A stretch of 64,000 bases of DNA from Alphaproteobacteria bacterium (lineage in GTDB: Bacteria; Pseudomonadota; Alphaproteobacteria; CAAHEQ01; UBA3637), in assembly GCA_045638265.1 (NCBI GenBank), contig JAZUBA010000044.1, forward strand, positions 62,082 through 126,081, given 5' to 3'. Positions 1 through 9,706 of this stretch are shown here, piece after piece. Both the position numbers and the translations under genes were made by a program. A model generated the notes under the pieces. The model saw nothing but the letters and a program-made list of their open reading frames with translations, made no database searches and had not been told where the DNA came from. Position 1 is the stretch's first letter. Each line of letters starts with the position of its first letter.

Positions 1-729
1 GTTGCCAAACAATTTTTGAGTCCGAAAACACAGGCACGCAGGTTGTCGGCTATTCATGAATTTTATCGTTTTTTATATTCTGAAGATATAATTAAAAAAA
101 ATCCCGCTGATTATTTGCAATCACCGAAAGTCGGAAAGGCATTGCCGAAATATTTGTCTGAACAAGAAATTGATTTATTGATTGAAACAGCAAAACAAAA
201 GAATCAACGGATGTATGTTATGTTGGAAATTTTATACGCTTCCGGTATGCGTGTCAGTGAATTGGTCGGTTTGCCTGTACAGGCTGTTACAAGAGATAAT
301 CAAACGCTTTCCATCATCGGAAAAGGGAACAAAGAACGGATTGTACCCTTAAATGAAACGGCTAGAAAGGCTTTGGATAAATGGTTGATTCGTAGAGAAT
401 TATCATTAAAAAAAGGACGAGTATCCAAATGGCTTTTTCCTTCTACCGGTAAGGAAGGGCATTTAACAAGGGTTGGATTTTTTAAGGCATTAAAAGAAAT
501 TGCCGTTTTGTCCGGTATTGATTCGGATAAAGTTTCACCCCACGTTTTTAGGCATTCTTTTGCCAGTCATTTGATTGCACATGATGCAGATTTAAGAACT
601 GTTCAACAGATGTTAGGTCATGCTGATATCGCCACAACTGAAATTTATACGCATATTTTACAGGATAGATTAAAAAAGACAGTTGAAAAATCACATCCTT
701 TGGCGTATAGTAGCAAAAAAGGATTGTAA
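1..729 (+). CDS. xerD: Tyrosine recombinase XerD (5'-truncated by window edge)
   Basis: Motifs LYASGMRVSEL, GKGNKER, SPHVFRHSFASHL, LGHADIATTEIY. The frame is open back to base 1. Confidence 0.9.
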   Translation, partial: VAKQFLSPKTQARRLSAIHEFYRFLYSEDIIKKNPADYLQSPKVGKALPKYLSEQEIDLLIETAKQKNQRMYVMLEILYASGMRVSELVGLPVQAVTRDNQTLSIIGKGNKERIVPLNETARKALDKWLIRRELSLKKGRVSKWLFPSTGKEGHLTRVGFFKALKEIAVLSGIDSDKVSPHVFRHSFASHLIAHDADLRTVQQMLGHADIATTEIYTHILQDRLKKTVEKSHPLAYSSKKGL

Positions 730-3700
730 ATGAAAATTTTAAACAAGTACATTTTAAAACAACTGATTGTCAGTTTTTTGCTTATTTTATTAGGTTTAAC
801 CATGTTAGTTTGGTTGACTCAATCTTTGCGTATGATTGATATGATTGTTACAAAAGGAGTGTCTGTTCGTATCTTTTTACAAATGACATTGTTGGTTTTG
901 CCCAATTTCTTGCAAATATTATCACCATTGGCTTTGTTTGCGGTTGTATTATTTATTTTTTCAAGAATGCAGTCGGACAAAGAATTAATGGTTATGCAAG
1001 CTGTTGGATTGTCTAATAAGCAAATAATGATACCGGTAATGTGTTTGGCATTGGTGTTGACTGGATTTGGATATTTGATGACTTTTAATTTGATTCCGGC
1101 TTCTTATGCTAAATTAAATGAATTAAAATGGCAAGTTCGAAATGATTTATCACATTTGTTATTGCAAGAAGGACAGTTTAATTCTTTTAAAAACGGATTG
1201 ACACTCTATATCAAAGAGCGACTCGGGGATGGTTCAGTTCGAGGTGTAATGGCGTATGATGCTAAAAATCCGAATAAAACATCTGTATTGGTTGCAGAAA
1301 AAGGTGTTATTTTTCAAGAAGAAGATGGTTTTCAACTTGTTTTTCAAAAAGGAACTCGTCAAGAATATTCTCCTAAAACAAAAGATTTTTCTATTCTTAA
1401 ATTTGATAAATATACAATGTGGTTTAATGATAAAAAAAATGGAGTCGGAACACGTAATTTGAATGCAGGGGAATATTCATTAAAATATTTATTGGATGTA
1501 ACTCCGGAAGATGCGCCTTCTCCAGCATTATATAGAAAATATAAAGTTGAAATTTTTAAACGCTTTACAAAACCTCTTTATAATATTACATTCGCCTTTT
1601 TGGCTTTGTTTGGCGTGTTGGCTCCGTTTTATAATCGGCGAGGTCAAGTCGGGCGAATTAATTTTGTGATTATGTGTGCTTTGCTTATTCAATCGCTTAA
1701 TCTTGGATTTGAAAATTTAGCGACTAAAAATTTAGTTTTTATTCCATTGTTATTTGTTAATGTCTTGTTGCCGATTGTTTTAATTTATTTGAGTATGGTA
1801 AAGAAGAATGTTCGTGTGTTTAAAAGAAAAGTAAAAGCAGTTGTTGTAGCTGTTTTGTGTGGTATCGGATTGATTGCTGTGCCGTCTTATGCTCAAATTA
1901 AGATTGATCCACAAGTTAAATTTGAAGAAGATAAGCCGGTTGATTTTGAAGCTGATACGTTTTCTTACGATAAGAAAAATGATGTATTAACTGCATCCGG
2001 AGATGTCATCGTTGAGCAAAATGGAACAATCATTAGAACAGAAACATTAGTATTTAATCGGAAAACCAATTTGGTTCTTATGCCGGAAAATGTCGAAATT
2101 ACAACTCCGGATGGAACAGTAACGCATACTAAAAACGTAACGTTTACGGCTGATATGAATAACTTAATTGGTGAAGCCGTTGTTATGCGTTTATATGAAG
2201 GTTCACGCTTAAGAGCAAATCGGTTGAAACGAAAAGACAAGGGAACGTCACTTTATTTGAAAAAAGTTGATTTTACAGCTTGTTCTACATGTGGAGACGA
2301 GGCTCCTTTATGGCAATTATCCTCTCGTAATTTTAAACATGATGCACCGCAAAAGGAAATGCGATTCATTCATTCGTTTTTAGAAGTTAAAGATATACCG
2401 ATATTTTATATCCCGTATTTAAATGTTCCTGATTTTTCTGTTAAGCGTAAATCAGGATTGTTAGCTCCCAGTTTATCTCACAGTTCGGAAATGGGAGAAG
2501 GTATAACATTGCCGTTTTTTATTGATATTGCCGAGAACCAAAATTTGATTGTTCGTCCGACTATTTCAACGTCTCATGATCCGTTGGCAATTGTTGAATA
2601 TGAAGCAGTTTTTGATAAAACAGAAATGAAAGTGCATATGAGCGGTACACGAGATGAAGACGGTTCTAAACAAGGACATATTAAAGCGCATATGCGTTAT
2701 GATTTAAATGATAATTGGCGCTTGACAGGGCAATATTTCCGCTCATCATCTGATACGTATTTCAGACGTTATGATTTAGAAGGTGTTAATACGTCTCAAG
2801 CCTATTTGCGTTCTTTTTTCACGGCTGAACGTTTTGGAGAGCAAAATTATTTTAATTTCACAGGGTTGTCATTTCAAAACTTGTGGAATAATGTTCGTAC
2901 AAAATCCATTCCTGTTATCATTCCGACGGCTAATTTTGTATATCAGAGTAAACCATTGACAGATAACGGTTTGTATGCTTTTTCAAATGTAAATGCAGCA
3001 TTTTATAATAATCGGGAAAAATTAAAATCAAACAGAGCTTCTGTTACGCAAGGAGTTGCCCTGCCGTATGTGACGAATTTTGGAGCCAATGTTGATTTAA
3101 GAGCTTCTGTCAGAGCTGATGCTTATAGTATTAATACAGGTAAATATGGATTTACAGACAGACGTGCGGATGAAGCATATTCGGCAGGCCGTTTTTATCC
3201 GGTTGCATCAGCAAAAATCAGTTATCCGTTTGTGAAATATGGTAAAACAACAACTCAAGTTTTGGAACCGGTTGTCATGCTTATTACATCACCTGTGAGT
3301 GGAAATGATTCAAAAATTCCAAACATTGACAGTACAGATGTAGATTTTGATGATACGAATTTGTTTTCTGAAAACCGTTTTGTCGGATATGACAGAGTTG
3401 AAACAGGAACTCGTGCCAATTATGGGTTACAATGGTCGTTATATGATACACAAAATCGTTCTGTTTCATTTTTATTCGGGCAATCGTATCGTTTTTCAGG
3501 GGATGATGCTTTAGATAAAATTTTGGGTATGGAATCGGATTATTCTGATTATGTTGGCCGTATGAGTATTAATTATAAAAATTTAACAATGGCCTATCGG
3601 TTTCGTTTAGATGAAGATAATTTTAAAACAAAAAAGAATGAAATTAATGTTTCAGGACGTAATGGACCCTTGCAATTAGGGGTTACCTATACCCAACTAA

Positions 3701-3981
3701 AAGCTGTAAGTCTTGCGGATACGTTTTATAATGAACGGAAAGAGGTTGTTTTTCAAGGTTCAGCGGCTTTAAGTAAAAATTGGAGTTTGTCCGGATCTTA
3801 TAGATACAATTTAGCTAAAACAGACCGAGGTCCGACTGAATACGGTATGATTTTGCGTTATGACAATGATTGTACGGCTATTGAGTTTGATTTAAATAAA
3901 TCGTTTACGGAAGATAGAGACTATAAAGGTGATACGTCCTTTGTCGTAAAATTCGTTTTAAAATCGTTAGGACAAATATAA
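730..3981 (+). CDS. Fusion of LptF-type LPS export permease (aa ~1-355) and LPS assembly protein LptD (aa ~389-1083)
   Basis: N-part is a multi-TM YjgP/YjgQ permease (SDKELMVMQAVGLS). C-part has an OstA-like region, FTACSTC, RKSGLLAP and a beta-barrel ending YDNDC...FVLKSLG. Precedes surA. Confidence 0.88.
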   Translation: MKILNKYILKQLIVSFLLILLGLTMLVWLTQSLRMIDMIVTKGVSVRIFLQMTLLVLPNFLQILSPLALFAVVLFIFSRMQSDKELMVMQAVGLSNKQIMIPVMCLALVLTGFGYLMTFNLIPASYAKLNELKWQVRNDLSHLLLQEGQFNSFKNGLTLYIKERLGDGSVRGVMAYDAKNPNKTSVLVAEKGVIFQEEDGFQLVFQKGTRQEYSPKTKDFSILKFDKYTMWFNDKKNGVGTRNLNAGEYSLKYLLDVTPEDAPSPALYRKYKVEIFKRFTKPLYNITFAFLALFGVLAPFYNRRGQVGRINFVIMCALLIQSLNLGFENLATKNLVFIPLLFVNVLLPIVLIYLSMVKKNVRVFKRKVKAVVVAVLCGIGLIAVPSYAQIKIDPQVKFEEDKPVDFEADTFSYDKKNDVLTASGDVIVEQNGTIIRTETLVFNRKTNLVLMPENVEITTPDGTVTHTKNVTFTADMNNLIGEAVVMRLYEGSRLRANRLKRKDKGTSLYLKKVDFTACSTCGDEAPLWQLSSRNFKHDAPQKEMRFIHSFLEVKDIPIFYIPYLNVPDFSVKRKSGLLAPSLSHSSEMGEGITLPFFIDIAENQNLIVRPTISTSHDPLAIVEYEAVFDKTEMKVHMSGTRDEDGSKQGHIKAHMRYDLNDNWRLTGQYFRSSSDTYFRRYDLEGVNTSQAYLRSFFTAERFGEQNYFNFTGLSFQNLWNNVRTKSIPVIIPTANFVYQSKPLTDNGLYAFSNVNAAFYNNREKLKSNRASVTQGVALPYVTNFGANVDLRASVRADAYSINTGKYGFTDRRADEAYSAGRFYPVASAKISYPFVKYGKTTTQVLEPVVMLITSPVSGNDSKIPNIDSTDVDFDDTNLFSENRFVGYDRVETGTRANYGLQWSLYDTQNRSVSFLFGQSYRFSGDDALDKILGMESDYSDYVGRMSINYKNLTMAYRFRLDEDNFKTKKNEINVSGRNGPLQLGVTYTQLKAVSLADTFYNERKEVVFQGSAALSKNWSLSGSYRYNLAKTDRGPTEYGMILRYDNDCTAIEFDLNKSFTEDRDYKGDTSFVVKFVLKSLGQI

Positions 3982-3994
3982 AGGAAAAATAATA

Positions 3995-5176
3995 ATGCAA
4001 TATAAAATATTAATGTTGTTTTTGATGTTTATGTTTGGTTCATTTTCTGTTTGTGCCGGGGAAATTGTTGCAACGGTTAATGATGAACCGATTTCAAAAT
4101 ATGACGTTGAGGCACGTGCTAAATTAATAGCTATTCAAAAAGCCGAATATTTAACAAATAAACGGAAAGCACAATATGTCGGAGAAGCATTGGAAATGTT
4201 GATAGACGAAAAAGTCAAAACAAATATGGCTAAGCAACGAGGTTTTTCCGTTAGTAATGATGAAATAAACAATGCAATTTCGCATTTAGAAAAACAAAAC
4301 GGGTTGAAATCCGGTGAAATGGTTAAAATGCTAGCTAAAAACGGTGTACCTGTTGATATATTAAAAAATCAAATTCAGGCTGATTTAATGTGGATACAAG
4401 TTTTGCAAAAATATCGTTCAAGTATTGCAGATACAACACCGGTTGAAATTGAGAAAAAGAAGAATGAATTACGCCAAAAATTAAAAGAAGAAGAATTTTT
4501 TGTTTTTGAAATTTTAATTCCCAATAAAGCAGAAGCAGAAAAGTGTTATAAGGAATTGTTAAATGGTACCCCGTTTGATGTTGCTTCAAAAAAATATTCG
4601 CAATCTGGAACAAAAGAAACCGGAGGAGAAGTCGGGTGGGTTAAAACAGATTATTACGGAAAAGAAATCTCAGCGGTTTTACGTCAGATGAATATGGGTG
4701 ATTTATCTGTTCCTTTAAAAACAAAAACAGGATATTTATTGTTGTTGTTGCAAGATAAAAAAACACCAATTTATACAGATAGTATTGCGATTTGGGAATT
4801 GGCACAAATGGCAATCCCGACAAAAGAGGCAGTTCATTATGAAAAACAATTAAGCCATTTAAGTGATTGTAAATCTTTTAAAGATTTTGCAAGAAAATAT
4901 GCGATACCTGAATCGGTTAAATCCGGTATGGTCAGTCCTGATCAGTTGCCAAGTGAATTAAAAGACATTTTAGAAAAAGAAAAAATGAAAACGGTTATCG
5001 GTCCTGTACGGACACCGGAAGCAGATTTGTTTTTTATGAAATGTGCTATGACACAAAAGAAGATATTACCGGAAGATGATGATATAAAAATGCAAATTGA
5101 AACGGAAAAAATGGAAGCATTGTCTGATAAAATTCTACGCAATGCCAAACGATTTGCCGTCATTGAACGAAAATAA
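3995..5176 (+). CDS. surA: SurA-like periplasmic chaperone/PPIase
   Basis: Signal peptide, IVATVNDEPIS, parvulin motif GGEVGWV. Located after lptD. Confidence 0.8.
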   Translation: MQYKILMLFLMFMFGSFSVCAGEIVATVNDEPISKYDVEARAKLIAIQKAEYLTNKRKAQYVGEALEMLIDEKVKTNMAKQRGFSVSNDEINNAISHLEKQNGLKSGEMVKMLAKNGVPVDILKNQIQADLMWIQVLQKYRSSIADTTPVEIEKKKNELRQKLKEEEFFVFEILIPNKAEAEKCYKELLNGTPFDVASKKYSQSGTKETGGEVGWVKTDYYGKEISAVLRQMNMGDLSVPLKTKTGYLLLLLQDKKTPIYTDSIAIWELAQMAIPTKEAVHYEKQLSHLSDCKSFKDFARKYAIPESVKSGMVSPDQLPSELKDILEKEKMKTVIGPVRTPEADLFFMKCAMTQKKILPEDDDIKMQIETEKMEALSDKILRNAKRFAVIERK

Positions 5177-5193
5177 AAAAGAGGAGCGTTGGA

Positions 5194-6057
5194 ATGAGTG
5201 AAAAAAAGAAAAAACAAACGAAGCTGATTGACGGTAAAAAAATGGCTCAAAAAATTGAAAAGGAATTACAGCAGGAAATTGCCGGTTTTTCTGAACAACC
5301 GACAATGGCGGTTGTTTTGGTCGGAGATAATCCTGCGAGTTTGATTTATGTTAATCATAAAAAGAAAGCAGCAGAAAAAGTGGGTATTAAGGCAGATATT
5401 TACCATTTGTCTCCTGTTATGACACAAGATGCATTAATTTCTTTTATTCACGAATTAAATCAGAACCCGACAGTAAACGGCATTATTGTGCAATTGCCAT
5501 TACCGAAACATTTTTCAGAAGATGAAGTATTGGATGCTATTCATCCGGATAAAGATATTGATGGATTAAATCCGCTTAATTTGGGTAATTTGTTTGTTGG
5601 ACGTCCTAATATGGTGCCATGTACACCATTGGCATGTATGATGCTTTTAAAAAGTGTTTGTTCAAATTTAATTGGCAAAAATGTGGTTGTTGTCGGTCGC
5701 TCACGGTTGGTGGGGAAGCCCGTTGTTCAGTTGCTATTAAATGAACAATGTACGGTAACACAAGCACATTCTCGTACGAAAAATTTAGCGAAATTATGTC
5801 AGACTGCTGATATTATTATTTCAGCAACGGGACATGCTAATTTGATACGGAAAACTTACATTAAAGAAGGGGCAATTTTGATTGATGTTGGTATTATTCG
5901 TCAGGCAGATAAGAAAATTGTCGGGGATGTTACTTTTGATGAAGTTTTGGGTAAAGCAAAAGCTGTTACACCTGTCCCCGGCGGGGTAGGCCCAATGACT
6001 GTTGCCATGCTATTACATAATGTTGTGAAAGCATATAAAATTCAAAAAAACGTTTAA
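5194..6057 (+). CDS. folD: Bifunctional methylene-THF dehydrogenase/cyclohydrolase
   Basis: Motifs GIIVQLPLP, KDIDG, PCTP, GRSRLVGKP, TPVPGGVGPMT. Confidence 0.96.
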   Translation: MSEKKKKQTKLIDGKKMAQKIEKELQQEIAGFSEQPTMAVVLVGDNPASLIYVNHKKKAAEKVGIKADIYHLSPVMTQDALISFIHELNQNPTVNGIIVQLPLPKHFSEDEVLDAIHPDKDIDGLNPLNLGNLFVGRPNMVPCTPLACMMLLKSVCSNLIGKNVVVVGRSRLVGKPVVQLLLNEQCTVTQAHSRTKNLAKLCQTADIIISATGHANLIRKTYIKEGAILIDVGIIRQADKKIVGDVTFDEVLGKAKAVTPVPGGVGPMTVAMLLHNVVKAYKIQKNV

Positions 6058-6174
6058 TTTGAATAAAATCCTATCAAAATATCAAAAAAACAAGCTTTTT
6101 CAAAAAAAAGCTTGCATTTTTCTGTAAATGGCGTAAAATTAAATATATAAGTATATATTTTTTAAGGGGGTATA

Positions 6175-7107
6175 ATGTTTTTCATAAAAAAAGCTTTACC
6201 AAAAATTTTGTTAGGAATGATATTTGTGTGCGGGATGAGTTTTTATCCTAATGCTTATGCACAAGTCCCGATTTCGGGGTTTACACAGATAGTTACAGAT
6301 GTGACAAAAGTGATTAAAACAACCAATTCAGTTGCAATTAAACCTGTAGTTGATCAAAAAGTATATCTTGAAACGAAAGTACAAGGTACTGTTCAAGAAT
6401 GGAAAGGTGCGGTGAACGAGCAAATTACAGATATGTACGATTCGGCATCTTCATGGGCAGAAAATCAGTATGGCGAAGTCGCTTCTTGGGCAGAGGAAAA
6501 GGGGAATGCTGTCGCTTCATGGGCAAGTGATCAAGGAAGTGCGATTTCTTCATGGGCAAGTGACACGTTTGGTGGTGGAGCTCCTGGTAGTGGTTTCTCT
6601 ATGAAAGATTTAAAATGTAATTTGGAAGTCGTAAAAAAAGGTGTTGCTAAAGTCGGAAAAACAGTTGCTCCTGTTGCTACATTAATGCAAAATCCTCTTG
6701 CAGGTGCCATTGAAATTAAAAAGAAAATGTATATGGGAGAAGTAAATTCAGAAGATAAATTAAGTACTTATGATACAACTACCGTAATGCAAAATGTAAA
6801 ACAATATGTTCAGGATGCAACGAAAACAACGTTGGTTGATGCAACACAGGTTATTAATGGCAGTATTTCTTATTCGGATGGAAAAAAGAGTGTATCTAGT
6901 TGTACAGCAGAGGGTGCCAATAAGGCCTCTAATGTAAAAGAGGATATTAAATTGGTTAATGATATGGGTATTTCAACGAATGTGATGACGAATGTGTTGT
7001 TGTCAATGGATATTACCGAATTATCTGTTAATAGTACATTGGTTTATGAAGATATTAACGGTATTAAAAATATGTTTTCTAAAACATTTCAGGGAGGGAT
7101 GCAATAA
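6175..7107 (+). CDS. Secreted helical protein, VirB5-like candidate 1
   Basis: Sec signal ending AYA|QVP, helical C-terminal region, first gene of the cluster leading into virB8. Confidence 0.45.
   Translation: MFFIKKALPKILLGMIFVCGMSFYPNAYAQVPISGFTQIVTDVTKVIKTTNSVAIKPVVDQKVYLETKVQGTVQEWKGAVNEQITDMYDSASSWAENQYGEVASWAEEKGNAVASWASDQGSAISSWASDTFGGGAPGSGFSMKDLKCNLEVVKKGVAKVGKTVAPVATLMQNPLAGAIEIKKKMYMGEVNSEDKLSTYDTTTVMQNVKQYVQDATKTTLVDATQVINGSISYSDGKKSVSSCTAEGANKASNVKEDIKLVNDMGISTNVMTNVLLSMDITELSVNSTLVYEDINGIKNMFSKTFQGGMQ
6445..6570 (+). repeat. Four ~33-bp (11-aa) SWA-centred repeats inside ORF 6175
   Basis: SSWAENQYGEV / ASWAEEKGNAV / ASWASDQGSAI / SSWASDTFG. Confidence 0.75.
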
Positions 7108-8012
7108 TGATTAAAAAAATAGTTTTAACAAATGTATTTCTTTCTTTGATGCTTTTTTCATCTGTGGTCTGGGGTGGTAATCCTACACATGATGTGCGTT
7201 CTTATAAAGATGAAATAAAGGGCGCTCAACAAGCTACGGAAGAGTTAAAAAAAGAAATGGATAATATGACAACTGCTGTTAAAAGCTTGACGGATGTTGG
7301 GTCGTTGGTTGATGGTCTGTTGAATTTTGATTTTTTAATGCCAAGTAAAAAAACAGATAAAAAATCAAAAGTAACAACGGATGTGACAAAACCGTTTACA
7401 CAAAAAACATCAGCTGGTTCAGGTGATGTTGCTGGACAGGCAAAGGCTGTAGCTAGTTCGATAACTGGGAGTTCTGGAAGTGACGATGAAAACCCTTTTC
7501 CTGATAGAGCAGAAATGAATAAGCAAGTGGATGCAATGCAGGTTAAAGGTGAGTCTTCATCTGATTCAGAAAGTAGTGGTTCGGTTGTGGATACGGCAAA
7601 AAGCGTCGTATCATCGGCAAGCGGTCAAAGTGAAGAAAACAGTTCTACTGGACAAGAGATTGCAGGTAAACGAAAAAAAATGCCTCAAACCAAACAAGCT
7701 TGGGCAAGATATTCGCTTGCAACAGCATTGGTGAATCGTTCGTTGGCATATAGGACTGTTGCTGATACTAAAAAACAGACAACAGAAAAAGTAAATAATG
7801 CAACAAATCTGCGTAAAGCACATACAGCAAAGGTTCATGGCTATTCAGCAATGGCAGCCAGTTATAACAGATTGTTATTGTCACAAGCCGTTGCCAATGG
7901 ATTAGCTTCCTTGAAAGCAATGGATCATGTTGAAGGTAAAATCAGTATCAGCAATCCTTTAATGGAAGGTATGGGCGGAAAGATGAATGATCTTAAAAAT
8001 TTTGTTCAATAG
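7107..8012 (+). CDS. Secreted helical protein, VirB5-like candidate 2
   Basis: Signal peptide then GNPTHD (cf. the VirB5/TrbJ mature N-terminus GIPVxD). C-terminal helices include VNNATNLRKA. Confidence 0.55.
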   Translation: MIKKIVLTNVFLSLMLFSSVVWGGNPTHDVRSYKDEIKGAQQATEELKKEMDNMTTAVKSLTDVGSLVDGLLNFDFLMPSKKTDKKSKVTTDVTKPFTQKTSAGSGDVAGQAKAVASSITGSSGSDDENPFPDRAEMNKQVDAMQVKGESSSDSESSGSVVDTAKSVVSSASGQSEENSSTGQEIAGKRKKMPQTKQAWARYSLATALVNRSLAYRTVADTKKQTTEKVNNATNLRKAHTAKVHGYSAMAASYNRLLLSQAVANGLASLKAMDHVEGKISISNPLMEGMGGKMNDLKNFVQ

Positions 8013-8021
8013 GAGTGAAAA

Positions 8022-8801
8022 ATGAAGATAAAAAAGATATATGGCGTATTGATAGCTTTTGCACTTTTTATGAATGTAACTCCGGCATATTCAACATATA
8101 TGGTTACCGAATGGTTGAGTTGGGCTGAAAAAAAAGTCCAAACGGTTACTGAAAAATTGGCTGATATTGATATGAATGAAATGTTGCAAAAGAAAAAAGA
8201 TCAGTTAGCAGCACAAGATCCGAACGCAGATAAAAGTAAACCGGCAACAACAGACAATGCGAGTGGTTTAAAGCAGTCAGAAATTCCACCTTATGTTGAT
8301 CCGCGTATTAAGGCAGAACTTGATAAAGAAGACCCTTCTATTCCTACTGTTGAAGGGTTGTTAAAAGAAACTCTTGTGTATAAATCAAAAACCATTAGTG
8401 ATAAAGGTTCTGTTGATGATAGAACAAAAGGAAAAAAAGTTAAAGTCGATAAAGATAACGAACAGGATAATACGTTGGAAAAACAACAGGCACAAGCTCT
8501 TGTATCTTATGATAATGGTCGTGCAATAGCACGTCGTGTTCAGGATTTGAGTGAAGTGGTGAGTAATGATGAATCTGAAATGGAGACGGATAAAAATTCA
8601 CGGACAACAACGGGTTCATTGTATAAGGCTTCTTCGTCTATAACATATAAAACACATATGTTATTAAATGAAATATCAGTCATACGAAACAGTTATTTAG
8701 AAGTAATGGCTATTGATGCTGTACAAGCAGAAGAAGTGCCAGAGCAAAAGAGTATGGTAGATACAATGAAAGATGTTGCAAAAGGTGCATTGGGCGGATA
8801 A
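8022..8801 (+). CDS. Secreted helical protein, VirB5-like candidate 3
   Basis: Signal peptide ending PAYS. Similar size and helical C-terminal architecture to its neighbours. Confidence 0.45.
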   Translation: MKIKKIYGVLIAFALFMNVTPAYSTYMVTEWLSWAEKKVQTVTEKLADIDMNEMLQKKKDQLAAQDPNADKSKPATTDNASGLKQSEIPPYVDPRIKAELDKEDPSIPTVEGLLKETLVYKSKTISDKGSVDDRTKGKKVKVDKDNEQDNTLEKQQAQALVSYDNGRAIARRVQDLSEVVSNDESEMETDKNSRTTTGSLYKASSSITYKTHMLLNEISVIRNSYLEVMAIDAVQAEEVPEQKSMVDTMKDVAKGALGG

Positions 8802-8812
8802 AGGGGGATGCG

Positions 8813-9694
8813 ATGAAATATTTGATAATGTTTTTAATGGTATTTGTTTTTATAACAGAGGGTAATGCAGCGTGTCCGGCAATGACATTTGATATGGCAC
8901 GGGAAGCGAAAGAGGCTGTTCGTAAGATTAAAGAATATGCTATTGAGTATTATGAAGATTTAATCAGTAAAAGCGAAGATGATATTAAAGAAGCAAAACA
9001 AGGTAATGCTGATTGTAAAAACAGTCCGGAAAATACAAAAGATCAAGTAATTAAAACAGAAACATTTAAGTATTTGTATGACAAGGTCTTAGATGCACCG
9101 GAAGATGATGCTGATTATTATTTGGCACGAACAAAAAATTATGAAGAAGCAAGAATTGCTGTTAAAGAAAAGTTTTTTTACGAAACGGATACACAATTAA
9201 CAGAGCGTGGAGAATCATTAAAAGAAGTTACCGGATTTGATGCAACCGCAACCGGTGGATTGAAAACAACAGCTGAGTTGTTTGAGATATTGAGAACACG
9301 TGAAAAATATGCAAATGCCGTTGCAGCAAAAAATTTGGCAATATCTATGGATTTAAGAGAAAAAATTGGTACTGATTTGAAGTCTACTGAAAAAGTGGCA
9401 ACGAGTGGATGTAACCAATTGCAAGGTATGTTGTTGGAAAATAGAAATTTAGCAGCATTATTAAAAGAAACGGCTTCGGATTTGGTTGTTCAGATATTGA
9501 CATTGGAATCGTTAGCAGCAAGAAATTTACAAAAAGAATCGCCACAGTTGTTGACTGTTCCTAATAAAGCTAAAAAGAATGAAAAGTCTATGTTGGGAAA
9601 AACTGTGGATAGCGTTAAAGAAACAGCCGGAGATGTTTCCGGTATTGTAAACAATTTGTCATCTGTTGGTGCTTCGGCAATGTCCGGATTTTAA
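8813..9694 (+). CDS. Secreted helical protein, VirB5-like candidate 4
   Basis: Signal peptide then ACPAMTFD, long amphipathic helices. Confidence 0.45.
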   Translation: MKYLIMFLMVFVFITEGNAACPAMTFDMAREAKEAVRKIKEYAIEYYEDLISKSEDDIKEAKQGNADCKNSPENTKDQVIKTETFKYLYDKVLDAPEDDADYYLARTKNYEEARIAVKEKFFYETDTQLTERGESLKEVTGFDATATGGLKTTAELFEILRTREKYANAVAAKNLAISMDLREKIGTDLKSTEKVATSGCNQLQGMLLENRNLAALLKETASDLVVQILTLESLAARNLQKESPQLLTVPNKAKKNEKSMLGKTVDSVKETAGDVSGIVNNLSSVGASAMSGF

Positions 9695-9706
9695 AAGGAG
9701 TGTAAT

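Noticed and set aside
1-729. xerD as the integrase of a mobile element
   Set aside because: The sequence is typical chromosomal XerD abutting lptF, with no att sites seen.
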